Positions 51,416 through 61,559 of a stretch of 64,000 bases of DNA are shown one piece after another. The notes under the pieces were generated by a model. It had not been told where the DNA came from. It worked only from the letters and a program-made list of their open reading frames with translations, and did not search any database. The position numbers and the translations under genes are program-made. Source of the stretch: Candidatus Omnitrophota bacterium (GTDB lineage Bacteria > Omnitrophota > Gorgyraeia > Zapsychrales > Zapsychraceae); contig JAJDCB010000026.1 of NCBI GenBank assembly GCA_029261065.1, positions 82,715 to 146,714 of the forward strand, in the 5' to 3' direction. The first letter of the stretch is position 1. Every line of letters starts with the position of its first letter.

Positions 51416-51721
51416 CCACAAGATGTTGTACTGCACTATGTTTTACCTATAAGTCAATTTTTGCATCCCTATATATGGTAGTAATCCACAGGTAATGCAC
51501 AATATGTGGAAAAGTGATGTGCCGGGTAAAAGCTAATCCCTAATAAGAAATCGTAATCGTGTCATCCCCGCGAAAGCGGGGACCTCTTAATCATTATAAT
51601 TATAAATGGTTTCCCGCTTTCGCGGATACGATACAACTATTATCCCTATTTTTATACATTTTTACTCTATACTGTGGAGTAAATTACCCGCATTTATTGG
51701 ATTTATACGCAATTTCGCACA
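51416..51721. promoter_or_regulatory. Cluster of DnaA-box-like 9-mers and two NrdR-box-like 16-mers
   Basis: taatccaca 51482, taatgcaca 51493, tgtggaaaa 51505, tgtggagta 51673, ttacccgca 51684, ttatacgca 51703; ccacaagatgttgtac 51416, tccctatatatggtag 51466. Confidence 0.5.
51560..51633. repeat. REPIN (inverted REP pair), TGTCAT family
   Basis: tgtcatccccgcgaaagcggggacc ... ggtttcccgctttcgcggatacgata. Confidence 0.8.
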
Positions 51722-51739
51722 TAAAAAAGGTGAATTAAC

Positions 51740-52204
51740 ATGAGAAATCAAAAAATCACAATTTCCGTTATCGGTGGCCATGAAACATCTCACGATGTGG
51801 AGCAAATAGCCCACGCTATAGGAGGGATTATTGCAAAAAATGGAGCAATACTTATATGCGGAGGCCTGGATGGAGTTATGAAGGCCGCTTCTAAGGGCGC
51901 AAAGGAAGCTGGCGGGATGACAATAGGACTTTTGCCGGGTAAGGATAAGGCTGATGCAAATGAATACATTGATGTCGCTATATGCACAACAATTGGTTTT
52001 GCCAGAAACGCCATGGTCGCCGCTTCAGCTGACATTATTGTGGCTTTGCCTGGAAGTCATGGGACATCTTGCGAGATTTCGTATGGATTTGTGTATAAAA
52101 GACCGATTATTGATTTTGGTGGGTGGAATAGAGAGGGAATGATTAAAGTAGAGAATGTAGATGAGCTGGAGAAGAGGATTGTTGAGTTGATGGCAAAGAT
52201 GTAG
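51740..52204 (+). CDS. TIGR00725 / LOG-like Rossmann-fold protein
   Basis: ISVIGG, CGGLDGVM.AASKGA..AGG.TIGLLPG, ARNA, GS.GT.CEI. Confidence 0.88.
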   Translation: MRNQKITISVIGGHETSHDVEQIAHAIGGIIAKNGAILICGGLDGVMKAASKGAKEAGGMTIGLLPGKDKADANEYIDVAICTTIGFARNAMVAASADIIVALPGSHGTSCEISYGFVYKRPIIDFGGWNREGMIKVENVDELEKRIVELMAKM

Positions 52205-52207
52205 GTT

Positions 52208-52268
52208 TGTCGTATCCGAAACTCTGTTATCCCGGCCCCACATGTCATTCCGAAAGCGGGAAACCATT
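52208..52268. repeat. Degenerate REP cluster, TGTCAT family
   Basis: tgtcgtatccg, tgttatcccg, tgtcattccgaaagcgggaaacc. Confidence 0.7.
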
Positions 52269-52292
52269 GGAAGAAAAATTAAGACTATTACA

Positions 52293-53138
52293 ATGCCAGA
52301 ACTCCCTGAAGTTGAGACTATCAAACGCGACCTTGAAAAACGAATCATCGGTTTGACCATTGAAGAGGTCATCATCGCCGATATGCGCGTTGTAAAAGAT
52401 TTATCTAAGAACGTTTTTGTTAAGCGGACCAAGGGAAAAATTATTAAAGATGTGACAAGGCGAGCTAAGGCCCTGGTCATTTCATTTGAACCGCAAGGTT
52501 TTTTGATAGTGCAACTTCGTATGACAGGACAATTGATTTATGAAAGTAAGTCGTCAGTCAGTAAGCAATCATCTGTAAGAAAAGTTACCTTTAAGCTTTC
52601 CGATGGCTCGTCTCTCTACTATAATGACCAAAGAACATTGGGGTGGTTGATATACGCGAAGAGTTTGGAAGATGATTCGTATCTTAATCAAGTTGGTCCC
52701 GAACCATTAGGAGATGATTTTACTAAAAAATGGTTGGCCAGCCAATTAAAGCGTCGCACAGCTCCAATAAAAACATTATTAATGAATCAAAATTTTTTGG
52801 CAGGCATTGGAAATATTTATGCATCAGAAATTTTATTTGATGCAGGCATTCATCCAGAACGACTTTCAAAAAATTTACATTTAAATGAAGTTAATCAACT
52901 TCATAAATCGATTCGATCTATTTTAAATAAAGCCATTAAAGCTCGGGGAACTTCGATGCGAGATTATCGGGATTCTTCAGGTGAAAAGGGGAAGTTTTTA
53001 AATAGGATCAAGGTTTATGGACGAGATCAGGAAGAATGTTTTGTGTGTCATTCAGAAATTAAGCGTATCGTACAAGCTGGGCGCAGCACATTTTTTTGTG
53101 AAAACTGCCAGATACGTGTAGGGAACGGGAAGCAGTGA
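52293..53138 (+). CDS. mutM: Formamidopyrimidine-DNA glycosylase
   Basis: MPELPEVET at true start 52293, LRMTG, AGIGNIYASE, C-terminal C4 zinc finger. Confidence 0.96.
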   Translation: MPELPEVETIKRDLEKRIIGLTIEEVIIADMRVVKDLSKNVFVKRTKGKIIKDVTRRAKALVISFEPQGFLIVQLRMTGQLIYESKSSVSKQSSVRKVTFKLSDGSSLYYNDQRTLGWLIYAKSLEDDSYLNQVGPEPLGDDFTKKWLASQLKRRTAPIKTLLMNQNFLAGIGNIYASEILFDAGIHPERLSKNLHLNEVNQLHKSIRSILNKAIKARGTSMRDYRDSSGEKGKFLNRIKVYGRDQEECFVCHSEIKRIVQAGRSTFFCENCQIRVGNGKQ

Positions 53139-53266
53139 TAAAGTGGTAGAGTGATATAGGAAGGTGAGAAGAAAATTGGTGATAGATAAAAGATCTTCCC
53201 AATAGATAAAAACCTATCACTAACTTCCCTTTTAATACGCGACACCCCTTTACCACTCTATCACTT
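53134..53266. repeat. Octamer-armed hairpin, copy 2
   Basis: agtgataaagtggtagagtgata ... ctttaccactctatcact; overlaps the mutM stop codon. Confidence 0.8.
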
Positions 53267-53283
53267 AATAAATAAACTAAACC

Positions 53284-53958
53284 ATGAAGCCAAGAATCAA
53301 AGTAGACAGTTCAATTTTAATTATCATCATTATTGCAACGACATTTTTGTTCTTGTTAAGAAAGTTGTATGTCGTCACGCCATTAATGGATAATGTGCTC
53401 GATGTTTATGGGTTGATGCTTATTTTAAAGGGAAATTTATTAAGGATGTCGGCACGTGGACATAAGAAGCTAAATTCTCAAAAAAGTCATAGCCTTGTGA
53501 CAACAGGACCATATTCTTTAGTTCGCAACCCTATGTATTTAGGAAGTTTCACCATGGGTGCTGGTTTTGTTTTGATTGTTTGGCCTTGGTGGAGTTTGCC
53601 GATTTTTGGTTATTTGTTTTATTTAAGATTTCGTATTCAGGTTGAAAAAGAAGAAAGGTTTTTAACCGATCAGTTTGGAGAGGAATATACACAGTATTGT
53701 GAAAAAACACCCCGCGCTTTTCCTTCGATTAAAAAAGCATGGGCTATGAAAACCAAAGACATTTATAATCTTGATGAAGCTTTTAACACGAAAGAAAAGT
53801 TAGGCGTTTGGTTATGGCCCATTCTCGCTATTCTATTAGAATTTTTACAAGCCAAATTAGTGTTCGGTCATGTCGAAGTTGTTGCGACAATAGTGATGTT
53901 TGTTGTGACATTTCTAGCCTTCGGACTATTGTTCGGTTTGTTTTATAAATTAAGATAA
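53284..53958 (+). CDS. Isoprenylcysteine carboxylmethyltransferase / PEMT family membrane protein
   Basis: LVTTGPYSLVRNPMYLG, EERFL..QFGEEY..YC..TPR. Confidence 0.88.
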   Translation: MKPRIKVDSSILIIIIIATTFLFLLRKLYVVTPLMDNVLDVYGLMLILKGNLLRMSARGHKKLNSQKSHSLVTTGPYSLVRNPMYLGSFTMGAGFVLIVWPWWSLPIFGYLFYLRFRIQVEKEERFLTDQFGEEYTQYCEKTPRAFPSIKKAWAMKTKDIYNLDEAFNTKEKLGVWLWPILAILLEFLQAKLVFGHVEVVATIVMFVVTFLAFGLLFGLFYKLR

Positions 53959-53963
53959 ATATA

Positions 53964-54737
53964 ATGCCTGCATTACAAAATATTTTTAAAGTTGCTTCAA
54001 ACGACAAATTATCCCCGCGTTTTCATCGCCTTTGTATTAAATCCAAGCCTTTAATCAAAGATGTAAAACCTGGACAGTTTGTTCACCTACGCGTAAGGGA
54101 TGGCTTGGAACCTTTCTTCCGACGACCATTTAGCGTTTATCGTAATAAAAAACATCTTGAAGTTTTTTACGAACCTATTGGGCCTGGAACAGAGTTGATG
54201 AGTCAACTGAGAGAGGGTGATGATATTGATGTCTTGGGGCCTGTTGGAACACCTTTCTCTATGCCAGGAAAAAACATTAAACAAGTTGTTATGATTGCTG
54301 GCGGTATTGGTATTGCTCCTTTTCTAATGTTGTCGGATGTTTTAAAAAGAAGAAATCTTGATTTGGTTTTACTTTATGGTGGTCGCACGATGGGCCATGT
54401 GTATCCTATGAAGGAATTTAAAGAGAATGGGTGTAAAATTTTTGTAGCAACAGATGATGGAAGTGTCGGTGCTAAAGGGCGTGTCTCAAAATTGTTTTCG
54501 AAAATTAATAAGGATCCGAAAACAACAATGCTTTATACGTGTGGTCCAAATCCTATGATGGCTGCTGTTCAGGCGTTTGCAAAAAAATATCATTTAAAAG
54601 GTGAAGTTGCTTGTGAAGAAGTTATGGCCTGCGCATTGGGTGCTTGTTTGGGATGTTCTATCCGAACAACGTCTGGTTTTAAGACGGTTTGTTATGATGG
54701 TCCTGTTTTTGATTTAGATGAAGTTATTTTCGATTAA
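53964..54737 (+). CDS. pyrK: Dihydroorotate dehydrogenase electron transfer subunit
   Basis: PGQFV, RRPFS, AGGIGIAP, TDDGS, CGP, MACALGACLGC...C.DGPVF. Confidence 0.93.
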   Translation: MPALQNIFKVASNDKLSPRFHRLCIKSKPLIKDVKPGQFVHLRVRDGLEPFFRRPFSVYRNKKHLEVFYEPIGPGTELMSQLREGDDIDVLGPVGTPFSMPGKNIKQVVMIAGGIGIAPFLMLSDVLKRRNLDLVLLYGGRTMGHVYPMKEFKENGCKIFVATDDGSVGAKGRVSKLFSKINKDPKTTMLYTCGPNPMMAAVQAFAKKYHLKGEVACEEVMACALGACLGCSIRTTSGFKTVCYDGPVFDLDEVIFD

Positions 54738-54754
54738 TGCGCGGGAGGAAGAAT

Positions 54755-55114
54755 ATGATCATTCTTCAATACATGCTGTTAGGTTTGTCTGCTGGTTTTG
54801 TTGGCGGGGCTCTTGGACTTGGTGGAGGAGCTATTATGGTTCCGATTATGGTGATGTTTTTTGGACTCACGCAACATCAAGCTCAAGGCACTGCGTTGGC
54901 AGTTATGTTGCCGCCCGTTTTTATTCTTGCTGTTATGCGTTATTATTCAGCTGGAAATGTAAAGGTGCAGATGGCGATATTTATTGCGTGTGGATTTGTC
55001 CTTGGGGCGTTAATTGGAGCTCATAGCGTTCAGAATATTCCATCGGCGGGGTTGAAGAAGATTTTTGGAGGGTTTTTGATTTTAATTGGGATGAAGATGT
55101 TTTTGGGGCGGTAA
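54755..55114 (+). CDS. Half-size TauE/SafE family membrane protein
   Basis: AG...G.LGLGGGAIMVP, QH.AQGT.LA; GGGAGG SD before 54755. Confidence 0.85.
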   Translation: MIILQYMLLGLSAGFVGGALGLGGGAIMVPIMVMFFGLTQHQAQGTALAVMLPPVFILAVMRYYSAGNVKVQMAIFIACGFVLGALIGAHSVQNIPSAGLKKIFGGFLILIGMKMFLGR

Positions 55115-55147
55115 TGATTGAATGCTAAAGAGATAGAGTGATAAAAA

Positions 55148-56053
55148 ATGAAAATATCGGTTAAAATTGGTAAGGCTGTTTTTAAGAATCCGGTGACGAT
55201 TGCATCGGGGACGTTTGCGCATGCAGAGAAATATTATAATTTAGAAGAGGTGAAAAAATTAGGATCACTTATTCCAAAGACGGTTACTCTGCGCGCGCAA
55301 GAGGGGAATCCGCCTCCAAGAATTATTGAAACACCATCAGGGATGTTAAACGCCATTGGGATTGAGAATCCGGGTATTGATACTTTTATTGAAAATAAAA
55401 TACCTTCACTTCAAAAAATTGGTATTCCTCTTATCCTTAGTATTCTTGGCCATACCGATAAAGAGTTTATACAGATTGTAGAGAAACTTAATCAAGTAAA
55501 AAACATCAGTGCGATAGAATTAAATTTATCTTGTCCCAATTTAAAACATAAAACACTTGTGGCCCAAAGCGAGAAGGCAACGGCACGATTAGTGCGTTCT
55601 GTTAAAAAGATAAGTAAGGTTCCTGTTATTGCAAAGCTTTCTCCCAATGTGACCGATATCTCCTCAATTGCAAAGGCCGCAGAAGGTGCCGGGGCTGATG
55701 CTGTCAGTTTGATTAACACATTGACCGCGATGGTGATCAATACAAAGACAAGAAAATCTGCACTGGGAAATTTTACAGGCGGTTTAAGTGGTCCAGCCAT
55801 AAGACCTGTAGCTGTTCACATGGTTTACAGAGTTGCCCAACGCGTTAAGATTCCTATTATTGCTATGGGAGGGATTATGACGGCGGATGATGCCTTGCAG
55901 TATATTTTGGCTGGTGCTAGTTTTGTGGCTGTTGGCACAGCTAATTTTGTAAATCCTCGCGCACCATTAGATGTTTTAGAAGGGATCAAGGCGTATATGC
56001 GAAAGAATAAAATAAAAGATATTCGACATTTAATTGGAAAGGTAGAGTCTTAA
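55148..56053 (+). CDS. pyrD: Dihydroorotate dehydrogenase family 1B
   Basis: KNPV.IASGT, GNPPPR, ELNLSCPN, KLSPNV, LINT, GGLSGPAIRP. Confidence 0.96.
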   Translation: MKISVKIGKAVFKNPVTIASGTFAHAEKYYNLEEVKKLGSLIPKTVTLRAQEGNPPPRIIETPSGMLNAIGIENPGIDTFIENKIPSLQKIGIPLILSILGHTDKEFIQIVEKLNQVKNISAIELNLSCPNLKHKTLVAQSEKATARLVRSVKKISKVPVIAKLSPNVTDISSIAKAAEGAGADAVSLINTLTAMVINTKTRKSALGNFTGGLSGPAIRPVAVHMVYRVAQRVKIPIIAMGGIMTADDALQYILAGASFVAVGTANFVNPRAPLDVLEGIKAYMRKNKIKDIRHLIGKVES

Positions 56054-56055
56054 TC

Positions 56056-56820
56056 ATGAGTGCAGAATGTACGAATCCTTTAATTGTGGCTTTAGATGTC
56101 CCTACGTTTGAACAGGCTAAGGCTATTGTTGATTCTTTGGGAGATGTTGTTGATATCTATAAGGTAGGTAGTCAATTATTTACTGCGTGTGGCCCTGTGG
56201 TTGTTCGTCATTTATTTGCCCAAGGAAAAAAGGTTTTCCTAGATTTAAAATTTCACGACATTCCAAATACCGTGGCCAATGCCGTTGATTCAGCTGTCGG
56301 TCTTGGTGCTTCTGTTCATGAAATATTAGATGAAAATCCTCAAAAAGAGCATGAAAATAAGGGCTTATTTATGTGCACTGTGCACACGATCGGTGGTGAG
56401 GAGATGCTCATCCGTGCTGTTGAATCAGCAACACAAAAGGCTGCAGCCATTAAACTTAAAGCACCTTTAATAATTGGCATTACCATCTTGACAAGCGATG
56501 CGATACGGGATAACATACAAACAATCGTTTTAGAAAGAGCAAAATTAGCCAAAAAATGCGGGTTAGATGGTGTTGTTGCCTCCAGTTTGGAGGCTTCTAT
56601 GATTCGTCAAGAGATGGGTGAGGATTTTGTTATTGTGACACCTGGTATTCGTCCCGAAGATTCTGATGTTGGTGATCAAAAGCGTGTTACAACACCTTCT
56701 TTGGCGATTACAAATGGCAGTAATTATTTAGTTGTTGGTCGACCTATTGTTAAAGCAGAACATCCACGTGAAGCGGCGATAAAGATATTAGAAGAAATTA
56801 ATTCTGTTTCTAAGGGGTAA
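56056..56820 (+). CDS. pyrF: Orotidine-5'-phosphate decarboxylase
   Basis: LIVALD, FLDLKFHDIPNTV, VTPGIRP, DQKRV.TP, VVGRPI. Confidence 0.96.
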   Translation: MSAECTNPLIVALDVPTFEQAKAIVDSLGDVVDIYKVGSQLFTACGPVVVRHLFAQGKKVFLDLKFHDIPNTVANAVDSAVGLGASVHEILDENPQKEHENKGLFMCTVHTIGGEEMLIRAVESATQKAAAIKLKAPLIIGITILTSDAIRDNIQTIVLERAKLAKKCGLDGVVASSLEASMIRQEMGEDFVIVTPGIRPEDSDVGDQKRVTTPSLAITNGSNYLVVGRPIVKAEHPREAAIKILEEINSVSKG

Positions 56821-56868
56821 CATTCGTGTTATACCCCATCGACATTATTGAAAAGATAGGAGAAAACA

Positions 56869-57498
56869 ATGTCTCAACAAGTTCAAGAGCTTATTGATAA
56901 AATTAAATCAGAAGGTGTCCAAGAAGCTCAGCAGCAAGCCCAAGAAATTGAAAAGAAGGCACAACAGCAATCAAGTACTATTATTAATGATGCCAAGAAC
57001 CAAGCTGAAAAACTTATTATCGAGGCCAAAGAAGAAGTAAAAAAACTGCAAGAATCTACCCACATGGCTCTTAAACAATCTTCACGAGACACTCTTCTTT
57101 CATTAAGAAAACAAATTGATCAAACACTTCAAAAAATTATTCAAACTCAAGTTAGCGACTCTCTATCGGCAGACACTCTTTCCAGTATTATTGCAGATGT
57201 CATTAAAAAATTCATTGAGACCAAAGATGAAAAAATTGATATTCATTTAGCTGTTAGTGCTAAAGAAATAGAAAAGCTAAAAGGTGGTGCTATAGCCAAG
57301 TTACAAAAACAAATTAAGTCACCATTTAAAATGGAAAGCTCTTCTAATATTGGAAAAGGTTTTATTATCAGTTTTGATGGAGGTAAGTCCTGTTTTGATT
57401 TTACCGACGAGAGTTTGGCAGAGTACTTAGGTGCTTTTCTTAATTCACAAATCTCCGCATTAGTCTTAGAAGCATCGACGCAAACGGTTCCAGCATAA
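56869..57498 (+). CDS. V-type ATP synthase subunit E
   Basis: QELIDKIKSEGV.EA coiled coil, GFIISFDGG...FDFT; first gene of the V-ATPase operon. Confidence 0.85.
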   Translation: MSQQVQELIDKIKSEGVQEAQQQAQEIEKKAQQQSSTIINDAKNQAEKLIIEAKEEVKKLQESTHMALKQSSRDTLLSLRKQIDQTLQKIIQTQVSDSLSADTLSSIIADVIKKFIETKDEKIDIHLAVSAKEIEKLKGGAIAKLQKQIKSPFKMESSSNIGKGFIISFDGGKSCFDFTDESLAEYLGAFLNSQISALVLEASTQTVPA

Positions 57499-57564
57499 CG
57501 TTTAGTCAACATCGTTTTTATATTCAATTCAAATTTGTTTAAAAGATAACTAGATATTATTAAT

Positions 57565-58155
57565 ATGGGTAAAGAATATTATTATTTTGCTTCAAGTCTT
57601 CCGTCCATCTATTTTGACTCAGAACCTCCTATGAGTTGTGATGAGTACTTGAAGGAATGTGAGCGACATATTCCTGTGCGCGATTATCATTTTATGAAAA
57701 CGTTGTTTGGGGCAAAGGTTTTGGATTATGCCTTTTTACAAAAGTTGATTCGTGAAACGCGAGGGGAAATTAAATCTCATAACAAAGCATTTCAACAAGG
57801 TGTTTTGTTTAATCGAAGCTTTCGAAATGAAGTGGCTGCTTTTCGCGCGCAACGTTTGGGCAAGGATCCTAATAATTACATCAGAGGAGATCGTCATCCA
57901 AGCCTGAAGGTTTTGGAAGTAATCAATCAGGCTGATAAAGCTCCGGATTTGCTCGAAGGGGAGAAGATATTAGATAAATTTCGCTGGGAATTTTTTGACG
58001 AACTTCAATGTCAGCATTATTTTGATATTGAATACTTAACGATTTATGGGTTGAAATTACAAATTTTAGAAAAATATAAAGAAGTGCGATCCTCGAAGGG
58101 TGAAGAAATATTTGATGAATTTCAGAAAATGGATGTAAGTAGTATTATCAAATAG
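57565..58155 (+). CDS. DUF2764 protein (V-ATPase subunit C-like)
   Basis: YYYFASSLP, FRNE.A..RA, E..LD..RW, HYFD...L..Y.LKL.I; lies between E and A. Confidence 0.85.
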   Translation: MGKEYYYFASSLPSIYFDSEPPMSCDEYLKECERHIPVRDYHFMKTLFGAKVLDYAFLQKLIRETRGEIKSHNKAFQQGVLFNRSFRNEVAAFRAQRLGKDPNNYIRGDRHPSLKVLEVINQADKAPDLLEGEKILDKFRWEFFDELQCQHYFDIEYLTIYGLKLQILEKYKEVRSSKGEEIFDEFQKMDVSSIIK

Positions 58156-58241
58156 TTTTTAGAATTGTTTAAGTAGGCCGTCTTTAGGTTTTAAAGAATG
58201 AGCCTCGTCAGTATAAATGACGAATATAACAGGAGATCATC

Positions 58242-59987
58242 GTGGCAAAGTCAGCTCAAAGACTCGGAACTGTCGTCGGCGTAAATGGAAACATGGTTGC
58301 TGTTGAATTTAAAGAAAAGGTTATGCAGAATGAAGTAGCCTTTGTTATTGTTGGAGAAGAGACGCTTAAGGCTGAGGTTATTCGTGTCAAAGGAAATCGT
58401 GCCGACTTGCAGGTTTTTGAAGATACTTCAGGTGTAAAGATAGGCAATAGAGTTGAGTTTACTAATCAACTTTTAAGTGTTGAGCTGGCTCCAGGATTAT
58501 TAGGACAAATTTTTGATGGATTACAAAATCCTCTTCCTCAACTAGCCGAGCAACATGGCTTTTTTCTTAAACGAGGAGCGTATTTGTATCCTTTAGATAA
58601 GGAAAAAAAGTGGGAGTTTACACCTAAGGTTTCCGTTGGAGATAAATTGCGTGCGGGTGATACGATTGGTATTGTAAAAGAAAATATGTTCGATCATCGT
58701 ATTATGGCTCCTTTTGATTTGCAAGGTGAGGCTGAGGTGAAGAAGATAGCATCCGCAGGACAATATACCATTGTAGAAGTTATGGCCCAGTTAAAAACTG
58801 ATAATGGAAAGACATTGGATCAAACGATGGTTCAAACATGGCCAGTCAAGATTCCCATAAAAGCTTATACGCAAAAACTCAAACCTGTTGAACCTCTCGT
58901 TACTAAATTGAGGTTGATTGACACATTATGTCCTGTTTCTATTGGAGGGACATTTTGTACGCCCGGACCTTTTGGTGCCGGAAAAACGGTATTGCAACAT
59001 TTGTTAAGTCGTCACGCAGAAGTTGATGTTGTTATTGTTGCCGCGTGTGGGGAACGAGCTGGTGAGGTTGTTGAAATTTTAGAAGAGTTTCCTGAGCTGA
59101 TTGACCCGAAGACAAATAGAAGTTTGATGGAGCGTACAATTATTATTTGTAACACGAGTTCGATGCCAGTTGCCGCGCGGGAATCAAGTGTATATACAGC
59201 GGTGACATTAGCTGAATATTATCGTCAAATGGGTTTAAACGTTTTATTGCTGGCTGATTCAACATCACGTTGGGCGCAGGCGATGCGCGAGATGTCTGGT
59301 CGATTGGAAGAAATTCCGGGAGAAGAAGCTTTTCCTGCTTATCTGGAATCACGTATCGCTTCTTTTTATGAACGAGCAGGACTAATTCAATTAAGAGATG
59401 GGACGCAAGGATCTGTAACGATTGGTGGAGCCGTATCTCCTGCTGGGGGAAACTTTGAAGAACCTGTGACACAGGCGACGCTTAAGGTTGTCGGCGGGTT
59501 CTTGGGGCTTTCTGCAGCGAGGGCGAATGCGAGAAAATATCCTTCCATTGATCCGTTAGAAAGTTGGAGTAAGTATACAAGTTTTATTGATGCTGAGAAA
59601 ATACGTTTGGCTGTTGGGATGCTTCAAAAGAGTAATAGTGTGGGCCAAATGATGAAAGTTGTTGGTGAAGAAGGCACATCGACAGCAGAATTTATTGATT
59701 ATTTAAAAGGTGATTTCTTTGACTCTGTTTATCTTCAGCAAAATGCCTTTGATAAAACAGATGAAGCTTCTCCTGCGGATCGTCAGAAACATGTTTTTGG
59801 AATAGTTCATGAAATACTTGTTCAAGAGTTTGACTTTGAAGATAAAGCAAAAGCTCGACGGTTTTTTCAGGAATTGCGGCAAAATTTTATCAACTGGAAC
59901 TCCTCCGCTTGGGGCAGTGATGAGTTTTCAAGTGCAGAGAAACAAATTCGAGAAAAGATGGAAGCCAGTAAATTGGCAACCGTTTAA
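58242..59987 (+). CDS. V-type ATP synthase subunit A
   Basis: PGPFGAGKT, ACGERAGE, ADSTSRWAQA.RE.SGRLEEIPGEEAFPAYL. Confidence 0.97.
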   Translation: MAKSAQRLGTVVGVNGNMVAVEFKEKVMQNEVAFVIVGEETLKAEVIRVKGNRADLQVFEDTSGVKIGNRVEFTNQLLSVELAPGLLGQIFDGLQNPLPQLAEQHGFFLKRGAYLYPLDKEKKWEFTPKVSVGDKLRAGDTIGIVKENMFDHRIMAPFDLQGEAEVKKIASAGQYTIVEVMAQLKTDNGKTLDQTMVQTWPVKIPIKAYTQKLKPVEPLVTKLRLIDTLCPVSIGGTFCTPGPFGAGKTVLQHLLSRHAEVDVVIVAACGERAGEVVEILEEFPELIDPKTNRSLMERTIIICNTSSMPVAARESSVYTAVTLAEYYRQMGLNVLLLADSTSRWAQAMREMSGRLEEIPGEEAFPAYLESRIASFYERAGLIQLRDGTQGSVTIGGAVSPAGGNFEEPVTQATLKVVGGFLGLSAARANARKYPSIDPLESWSKYTSFIDAEKIRLAVGMLQKSNSVGQMMKVVGEEGTSTAEFIDYLKGDFFDSVYLQQNAFDKTDEASPADRQKHVFGIVHEILVQEFDFEDKAKARRFFQELRQNFINWNSSAWGSDEFSSAEKQIREKMEASKLATV

Positions 59988-60060
59988 TAAAGACTAACAT
60001 AAGGGCAGGGAAGTTTTTTGTCCGTAGACTAACGGGAAGGTATTTTTAAAAGAGCAATGA

Positions 60061-60194
60061 AAGATACAAGTTACAAGACACAAGATACAAAAAAATATCA
60101 ATGTTCAATACCCAAACAAGCCACCATCAAAAAATTGTTTGGAATTTGTATTTTGGGTATTGTTTCTTTTTTGTATCTTGTGTCTTGTAACTTG
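60061..60194. repeat. Heptamer-armed hairpin, TACAAGN family, copy 3
   Basis: Perfect 28-bp IR caagttacaagacacaagatacaaaaaa (60067-60094 / 60167-60194). Confidence 0.9.
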
Positions 60195-60246
60195 GTTATT
60201 TTATAGAGCTTTTGATAATACCAATGTGATTACGAGGATAAAAGAT

Positions 60247-61554
60247 ATGCAAAAAGTTTACAGTCAAATTATACAAATAGCGGGAGACGTTATTACAGTT
60301 GAGGCCGATGATATTGGATATAAAGAGTTGGCTGAGGTAACAACGGATAAAGGATCATCGTTAGCACAGGTTATTCGTTTGGATTCGGGCAAAGTTTCAC
60401 TTCAGGTTTTAGCAGGAAGCCGTGGGGTTTCTACTAATGATAAGGTTCGATTCCTAAAACATCCTATTCAAGTCTCTTGTTCAGAAAATTTACTTGGTCG
60501 TATTTTTACAGGAGGAGGAGATCCTCGTGATAATGGTCCAAGTTTGACGGATAACATGATTAATATTGGTGGCCCGTCGGTTAATCCTTCTAAAAGAATT
60601 GTCCCTAAAAATATGATTCGAACAGGATTGCCAATGATTGATATTTTTAATTCATTGGTTGAGTCTCAAAAGTTACCAATTTTTTCCATTGCGGGGGAGC
60701 CTTACAATGAACTTTTGGCACGTATCGCTATGCAAGCTGAAGTTGACATGATTATTTTAGGCGGTATGGGGCTTAAGTATGATGATTATTTATTTTTCCG
60801 CGATACGTTAGAACAACATGGGTCCCTTTCAAAATCAATTTTGTTTGTTCACACGGCATCAGACCCGACGGTAGAATGTCTTTTGGTTCCTGATATGTGT
60901 TTGGCTGTTGCTGAACAGTTTGCGTTGGAGGGAAAACGAGTTTTAGTATTATTAACGGATATGACCAACTTCGCTGATGCCCTTAAAGAGATTGCGATTA
61001 CGATGGAACAGATCCCTTCAAATAGAGGGTATCCGGGAGATCTTTATAGTCAGTTAGCCTCTCGGTATGAAAAGGCTGTTGACTTTGAAGGGGCAGGATC
61101 AATTACGTTGCTTGCTGTAACAACAATGCCAGGTGATGATGTAACTCATCCTGTTCCAGATAATACTGGATACATTACTGAGGGACAGTTTTATCTTCGT
61201 GGTGGACGTATTGAACCTTTTGGTTCTTTAAGTCGATTGAAACAACAAGTGAATGATACAACACGCGCCGATCATCGCACCATTATGGATCGTATGATTC
61301 AACTCTTTGCCGATTACCGTGAAACTCTGGAAAAACGATCCATGGGTTTTCAGATGAGTGATTGGGATGGAAAACTGTTGCGTTATGGAAAACGTTTTGA
61401 AGAAGAGTTGATGGATTTGGCTGTGAACATTCCTTTGGAACAAGCTTTAGATTTGGGTTGGTCAATTTTGGCCGATTGTTTTGAACCAGCGGAAACAGGA
61501 ATTAAAGATTCTCTTGTTAAAGAGTTTTGGCCCAAAGAGGCTACTGCGAGTTAA
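60247..61554 (+). CDS. V-type ATP synthase subunit B
   Basis: [44 protein letters not shown]; start moved to 60247 (GAGGA SD). Confidence 0.97.
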   Translation: MQKVYSQIIQIAGDVITVEADDIGYKELAEVTTDKGSSLAQVIRLDSGKVSLQVLAGSRGVSTNDKVRFLKHPIQVSCSENLLGRIFTGGGDPRDNGPSLTDNMINIGGPSVNPSKRIVPKNMIRTGLPMIDIFNSLVESQKLPIFSIAGEPYNELLARIAMQAEVDMIILGGMGLKYDDYLFFRDTLEQHGSLSKSILFVHTASDPTVECLLVPDMCLAVAEQFALEGKRVLVLLTDMTNFADALKEIAITMEQIPSNRGYPGDLYSQLASRYEKAVDFEGAGSITLLAVTTMPGDDVTHPVPDNTGYITEGQFYLRGGRIEPFGSLSRLKQQVNDTTRADHRTIMDRMIQLFADYRETLEKRSMGFQMSDWDGKLLRYGKRFEEELMDLAVNIPLEQALDLGWSILADCFEPAETGIKDSLVKEFWPKEATAS

Positions 61555-61559
61555 TAATT

